NCBI GenBank assembly: GCA_048128005.1
Contig: JBEUKZ010000114.1
Coordinates: 62,001-126,000 of the forward strand
DNA length: 64,000 bases
Direction of reading: 5' to 3'
From: Veleropilina oligotropha
Taxonomy: Eukaryota
Under the pieces are notes generated by a model. It did not search any database. It had not been told where the DNA came from and saw nothing but the letters and a program-made list of their open reading frames with translations. This document shows, piece by piece, positions 57,289 to 64,000 of the stretch; the stretch's first letter is position 1; every line of letters starts with the position of its first letter. Position numbers and translations under genes: made by a program.

Positions 57289-60200
57289 TTGATGTTTAAC
57301 GACCACGCCGACATTATTTCAGTCATTATCGGGTCAATAAAATAGAAATGATCGTGATTGGTATATTTACAGTAAAACAATGTAAATTTAGATAAAAACA
57401 AAGCAATAAAATAAAATGCTAGTGATGATAAAATGATAAAATGGTTGATAAAAACAAGTATAATAATAAAAAACAAAATCTGAAATTTGTGAAATAAATA
57501 CTATTAAAAATAAAATATAAATTATAACTTGTAGAAAATATTTACTTGTTTTAAAAACTCGAATAAAGCTTCGAGCTTAGTGAGACTAAATAACTCTTGG
57601 AGCGAGTTTGCCCGGAAGTACTTTTGGCGTGCGAGATCCAAATCGACACAATCCAATAATATATGTTTAATTGTTAGGGCACATGCACAAGGAATACACT
57701 CAGGTGGAGGCTCCCCCTTAAGCAGGTAGCAGTGAGTGTAGTGGGAATGCCCAATTCTCAGTCTAGCTAAGACAACCTCTTCGCGGCGAATGATCCTGTA
57801 AGATGGAACCCATTCGCCAAGAAGAGGCTTGATTGCATGCAATTTATTCCTTGTGCATTCACTCCAAGAGTGCTGCCAAGTAGTATTTATATATTTGTTT
57901 ATGTTTTGTTTAAAATCAGAGTGGGGTAATTTACAATTTAGTGTATGGTTAAGATGTGAGGCTGCCTTGGCAGCTTGGTCAGCCTTCTCATTGCCTTGGA
58001 TACCAATGTGACTTGGTATCCAGCATAAAATAATGTCATTATAGGGTAAAAGATTGTTATACTGTATTAAAACATCATAAATAAGAGGGTTTCTATTCAT
58101 CTCCCTCAATGCTTGCAAGCTAGAGAGGGAGTCTGAATAGATAATAAAACGCCTATTAACACTAGTTGATATAAAATTGAGTGCAAGTTCGATTGCCTTT
58201 AGTTCCGCAGTAAATATAGTCGCGCTGCCTGGCAGACGGTTTTGAAAACATCGTCTGCCAGTGACAGCGGCTGCTCCTACTAATTCTGCATCTTTTGAAC
58301 CATCTGTATATATACTTGCACGATCTGAATATTTTAATTTCAGATCGTGCAATTTTGTGAGATAATCTGTTGTGTCTGTATTTGATTTTTTGAGTGATGT
58401 AAGATCTAGGTCAATTTCCGGTACTTTTAGTGTCCATGGTGGAGTATCCGGAATGTAATTTGTTTTAATTTGATCTATATTTATGTTTGACTTTTCTAGT
58501 GCTGGTTTTATGCGAATGCCTAATGGTGCAATTTTGTTTGGTTTTGCCTGAAACAGAATTTCGTAGTTAGGTGTAAATACAGTTTCGAAAGCTGGATTAG
58601 ATGGATTTGATTTTAATTTAATTACATACTGCAGTGAAAGTTTTTCGCGTCTATGTGTAAGTGATGGTTCGTTTGCTTCGACATAAAGGCTTTCCATGGG
58701 TGATGTACGGAAAGCCCCTAGTGCCAATCGAAGCCCTTGATTATGGATTGGATCAAGCATTTTAAGGTAAGAATGGCGAGCAGAGCCATATACAATGCTC
58801 CCGTAATCAAGTTTTGATCTAATTAAGGATCTATATAATCGGAGTAAAACTTTTTTATCAGCACCCCATTCAGTATTAGAAACTACTTTCATTAAATTTA
58901 AAGCTTTCTGACATTTAGCTTTAATATATTTGATATGAGGTATGAAAGTCAGTTTGCGGTCAAATATAAGGCCTAAAAATTTAAATTGGTCCACCACTGG
59001 AATCTCGAATTCATCCAGTTTCAGCACAGGGTCGTCGTGTATTTCACGACGCTGGCAAAAGTGCATGCATTTAGTTTTGTCCTTTGAGAATTTAAATCCA
59101 TTCTCATCGGACCATATCTGTAATTTATTTAGGCCATGTTGTAACTGGCGTTCTATACTGTTCATATTTGTTGAACGATAGCAAATGCCAAAATCGTCAA
59201 CAAATAATGAACAGTCAGTGCCAGTACTAATACATTTGACAATACTGTTTATTTTAATACTGAATAGGGTGACTGATAAAATACTTCCTTGAGGGACACC
59301 CATCTCCTGGTCGTGAAGGTCGGAGAGGGTGTCACCCACCTTGACTTTAAGACTTTAAAAATTCGGTCCTCAAGGAATTTTGAGATAAAAGTGGGCAAGT
59401 TGCCCTTTAAGCCAAAATCAAACAAATCTTTCATAATCCCGTACTTCCATGTAGTATCGTAGGCCTTCTCTAGATCGAAAAAAACAGCAACTAAGTGTTG
59501 TCTGTTTAAGAAGGCCTCACGAACAAAAGTTTCCAGACGTACCAAATGATCAATTGTGCTCCGGTTCCTACGGAATCCATTTTGATATTCTGTTAATAAA
59601 TTATTGGATTCAAGATACCAAACTAATCTCTCGTTTATCATCCGTTCCATGGTTTTACAAATACAACTCGTCAGAGCTATAGGTCGATAACTGTTTGCAT
59701 GCGATGGATCTTTCCCTGCCTTGGGAACTGGAATAACGGTAGCTTCCCTCCATGCGGATGGGAAGATTCCAGTTTCCCAAATGGTATTGAATAATGCAAG
59801 GAGAGTTGCAAGTGATGTTTCAGGTAAGTGCTTTAGTAACTGATAGTGTATATCATCAGGACCAGCTGATGTGTCATGTGCCTTGTTTAGTGAATCTGTG
59901 AGTTCTTTGCGTGTAAATGGTTGATTGTATGATTCAGAATTGTTAGATCTAAAGTTTAGCCTTGTTTTTTCCTTTTGATGTTTGAAACGGGTAAATTTTG
60001 GTGTACAGTTATCGGATGATGAATTGGCAGAAAATGTATCTGCCAAAGTATTTGCAATGTCTTTAGCTGAGGTTGCTTCTGAGGTGTTTGTTTTAATGTG
60101 CTTGATGCAGTTGGGTATATGTTTGCCGCTGATTTTACGGATCATATCCCAAGTCTTTTTAATAGTGGAACGAGAGTTTAGTTTGGTAACATAGGAATGC

Positions 60201-61407
60201 CAGGATTCCCTTTTGCTTTGTTTGATGGTACGTCTGGCTTTTGCCCTTAGTAGCCTATAGCTATTAAGGTTTTGTAATGTTGGGTTGTGTTTAAATGTTG
60301 AAATTGCATGTATACGTGTTTTTATTGCTTGCCTGCAGTCTTCATTAAACCAAGGTTTACTTTTGTGTTTTGCATTTGGACAGGTCTTTGGAATTGAGAG
60401 TGTTGCAATGTCATGTAATGTCGTAGAGAAACTTGATATTGGGTCATCGCCATTAGTGAAGTTGTTTGAGTGTAATTGGTCTTCGCAAAGGGATTGGAAT
60501 CTTGGCCAATCAGCTTTGTAAAGTTTCCACCTTTCTGTGTATGTTTGTGCTTGGTTAATTGTGCTTTCCAGGAAAATTGGAAAGTGGTCGCTTCCGCGGA
60601 GGTCCTCACCAACTTTCCAAGTAAAGTCCAGGAAAGCAGATGGGTCGCACATGGTAAGGTCAATGGTGGTAAGTGAGCCTGTAGGTGGATGCATGTATGT
60701 TGGCGATTTGGTAGTATTAAATAAACACAGATTGTGTTTCCCAATAAAGTCCTCTATTTGATGTCCCCGTTTATCTGTATCAGTACCGCCCCAATCCGTA
60801 CTGTGGGCGTTAAAATCGCCACACAATATAAATGGGGTCGGTAGCTGATTGATGAGATTGTCAAGGTCAGTAGGTCGTAAGTTTGTACTAGGTGGTAAGT
60901 ATACCGAGCAGATAGTTATTACTCGGTGGGTCGATATTTTCACTGCTACTGCCTGTAAGTTTGTGTTTAGGTTGACCTGACTGTGTGGTGTTCTGTTGTT
61001 GACAATGATTGAAACCCCCCCTGTTGCTTTGTCACCTGTGGTGACAATGTGATTGTATAGTGAGTGGTCTTTGATATGTATGTTGTCTGTGAGTTTCATG
61101 AAGGTTTCATTAAGACATAATGCTGTTGGTTTGTGTTCTTGAATTAATAGACTGATCTCATCAATATTAGGTTTAATGCCTCTACAATTCCATTGTATTA
61201 TTGTGCCTGACATGTTGGTTTAATGGTGTGTGTATTAAGATATTTGTTTGTAATGTTATGTTAAAATTTGCCTATTTATCCGGTGGAAGTACGGGCTTGA
61301 TGGGAGGTTTTGGCTTGTGCGGGCGATCCAATGGCTGATCGCTTTCCATTGGATCGTTGGCAGGAGGAAGCGGCCCAGGTGTTTCGGGGCTCTCCTCCGT
61401 CTGCCGG
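57289..61407 (-). mobile_element. I-group LINE with complete ORF2, truncated within the ORF1 end; 14-bp TSD
   Basis: CGTCCACCTTTGAT at 57275-57288 and 61408-61421. Confidence 0.9.
57522..61213 (-). pseudogene. LINE ORF2 (AP endonuclease, RT, RNase H), frameshifted by an 8-bp duplication at 59343-59358
   Basis: QWNCRG, GDFNAH, SDHFPI; YRPIAL, DLEKAYD, PQGS, FVDD; YTDGS, AEL, SDS, GNEKAD. Confidence 0.95.
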
Positions 61408-62200
61408 CGTCCACCTTTGATAGATAATGTTTTATCTTACTTTAGCTCTTAATACTGCAATATGATTGGTTAACGCTCCTTCGACAATTATCGTATTCCC
61501 CACCCAGGCGGGGTATATGAATTATTTATACCTTACGTAGTTGTGTGTACTATTGTGATTTGGAGCGCCCTCGAAGACAAGGGAGATAATTGTGAATATG
61601 TCGTCTGCCAAAACATCAATACAAATGTTAAGTCATGGAATCGTACATCGTTTCGAAAATTATGCATCAACTTCATTTTATATTCGTAACGGTTTACACT
61701 TTTGACATTTTCATGTAAAATAAAATATTCATTTATCCTTATTTAGTTAATTTTTGTGTTTACTTCAGCTTCCTATTATTCTCCTGCGGAGAGACGTCAT
61801 TTATCTACCGTACTGTACAGAGTATTCTTAATTTCTCTGCCTGGAGAGTGACGGTTGCTAGGCATTATTATTACATTCTAATGGGCGCGTCGGAATATCT
61901 TCAAAATATATATAATGTATATTGGTATGCATGTATTTGCCATAAATTTACTTTGTGTATTTTTCAATAATCATGTCAATCCTGCTAAATATCACAGTTG
62001 TAACGAAAGAAATAGTTTCTATATTGAACATGAAGTTTTTACACATGATCTTCGGCAGAGCTGAAATCGTAATTTTAGGAACGCGGTTTTTTAGTAACAA
62101 CAATAGAATATTTAAAATGGGTTCTTTCACGGAGAAACGAAGTTGGAATAGAAATTTTTTCAAAAGGTATGATTTTATTTTATTGAAGTAAGATAAATTC

Positions 62201-62336
62201 GTTGTCGGCATAGCCCTCGTGAAATATGGGTCTATGTACCGTTTGTGAGAATTTATTAACCTCGACTTCGTCTCGGTTAATAAATTATCACAAACAGGTA
62301 CATAGACCCATATTCCCCTCGGGCAATGCCGACAAC
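62201..62336. repeat. Near-perfect ~136-bp hairpin/palindrome
   Basis: GTTGTCGGCA...ATATGGGTCTATGTACC...TTTATTAACC pairs with GGTTAATAAA...GGTACATAGACCCATAT...TGCCGACAAC. Confidence 0.85.
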
Positions 62337-62344
62337 TTATTATG

Positions 62345-64000
62345 TCTGTGTCTGATTTTTTAAGTGATGCAAGTTGTAAATCTATTATTGGTGCTTTTAG
62401 TGTCCATAGTGGTGTGTCATGAATGGAATCTGTTTCTATGTGGTCTAAAGTAATGCCAGAGTTTCTTAGGGCAGGTTTTATGCGAATGCCAAATGGTGGA
62501 ATTGTTCTTGGATTGCTACAAACAAAGTTTCATAAATTGGTGTGAAAACTGTTTCGAAAGCTGGGTTGGATGGATTAGTTTGTAATTTAATAGCATATTG
62601 TAGTGATAGTTTTTCACGTCTGTGTGTAAGTGATGGTTCATTTGCCTTAACATAGAGGCCTTCCATGGGTGATGTGCGGAAAGCCCCTAGTGCAAGTCGA
62701 AAACCTTGATTATGTATTGGATCAAGCATTTTGAGATAAGAACGACGAGCAGAGCCGTATACAATGCTCCCATAATCAAGTTTTGATCTAATTAGTGATC
62801 TATAAAGTTTTAATAACATTTTTATCAGCACCCCATTCAGTATTAGAAACTACTTTCAGTAAATTTAAAGCTTTTTGCCATTTAGCTTTGATGTATTTTA
62901 TATGAGGTATGAAAATGCCAAAATTGTCAACAAATAATGAACAGTCTGTGCCAGTACTAATACATTTGACAATACTGTTTATTTTAATACTGAATAGGGT
63001 GACTGATAAAATACTTCCTTGATGGACACCCATCTCCTGGTCGTGGAAATCGGAGAGGGTATCACCCACCTTGACATTAAAATTTCTATCCTCAAGGAAT
63101 TTCGAAATAAAATTGGGCAAGTGGCCCTTTAAACCAAAATCAAACAAACAATTCATTATCCCGTACTTCCAAGTAGTGTCGTAGGCCTTCTCTAGATCGA
63201 AAAAACATCAACTAAATGTTGTCTGTTTAGGAAGGCCCTACGAACAAAAGTTTCCAGACGTACCAAATGATCAGTTGTGCTCCGGTTCCTACGGAATCCA
63301 CTTTGGTATTCTGTTAATAAATTATTGGATTCAAGATACCAACTAATCTCTCGTTTATCATCCGTTCCATGGTTTTACAAATACAACTCGTCAGGGCTAT
63401 TGGTCGATAACTGTTAGGATGTGATGGATCTTTCCCTGCCTTTGCAATTGGGATAACGGTAGCTTCTCTCCACGAGGGAGGAAATATTCCAGCTTCCCAG
63501 ATAGTATTGAATATTGCAAGTAATGCTGTAAGTGATGTTTCAGGCAAATGCTTAAATAATTGATAGTGAATGTCATCAGGTCCAGCTGATGTGTCATGTG
63601 CCTTGTTGAGTGAATCTGCGAGTTCTTTGCGTGTAAATAAATGGTTGGTTGTATAAATCTGAACTGTTAGACCTAAAGTTGAGCCTTGTTTTTGTTTTTG
63701 TTTTTTTAAACGAGTAAATTTTGGTGTGCAGTTATCGGATGATGAATTGGCAGAAAATGTGTCTGCCAAAGTGTTTGCGATGTCTTTAGCTGTGTTGGCT
63801 TCTGAAGTGTTTGTTTTAAGGCGCTTGGTGCAGTTGGGTGTATGTCTGCCACTGATTTTACGGATCATATCACGTTTTTTTAATAGTGGAACGAGAGTTT
63901 AGTTTGGTAACGTAACAACGCCAGGATTCCCTTTTGCTTTGTTTGATGGTACGTCTGGCTTTAGCCCTTAATATACTATAGCTATTAAGGTTTTGTAATG
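62345..64000 (-). pseudogene. Degenerate second long copy of the I-group LINE ORF2 (RT region), running off the window
   Basis: Fragments 62478-62831, 62800-63156 and 63314-63868 match 57522-61213, with frameshifts and a deletion. Confidence 0.9.

Overview
AT-rich animal (probably invertebrate) genomic DNA made almost entirely of mobile elements; no host gene is evident. The main content is two related ~15 kb endogenous Polinton-like/adintovirus-like dsDNA proviruses in opposite orientation: E1 (3624-18647) and E2 (28138-43235). Each has terminal inverted repeats and a 5-bp target-site duplication. Both encode a putative double jelly-roll major capsid protein, a penton-like minor capsid protein, an A32-type packaging ATPase, a retroviral-type integrase and about seven membrane proteins. 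Neither has a recognisable adenain-type maturation protease. In place of a canonical protein-primed PolB they carry one long replicase: Rho-N/HEH-like N-terminus, OTU-like Cys/His domain, divergent PolB core, SF1 (Pif1/RecD-like) helicase and HNH-like zinc nuclease. The structural genes of E1 and E2 are very similar while the integrase+replicase block is highly divergent, which points to a module swap. The rest of the window holds a Harbinger transposase 5' end, a tRNA-derived SINE, a foldback element, Helentron/HINE-like repeats, a DIRS1 retrotransposon, Merlin and pogo DNA transposons, and stacked RNase H-bearing I-group LINEs. All protein calls come from reading motifs by eye, not from database searches.
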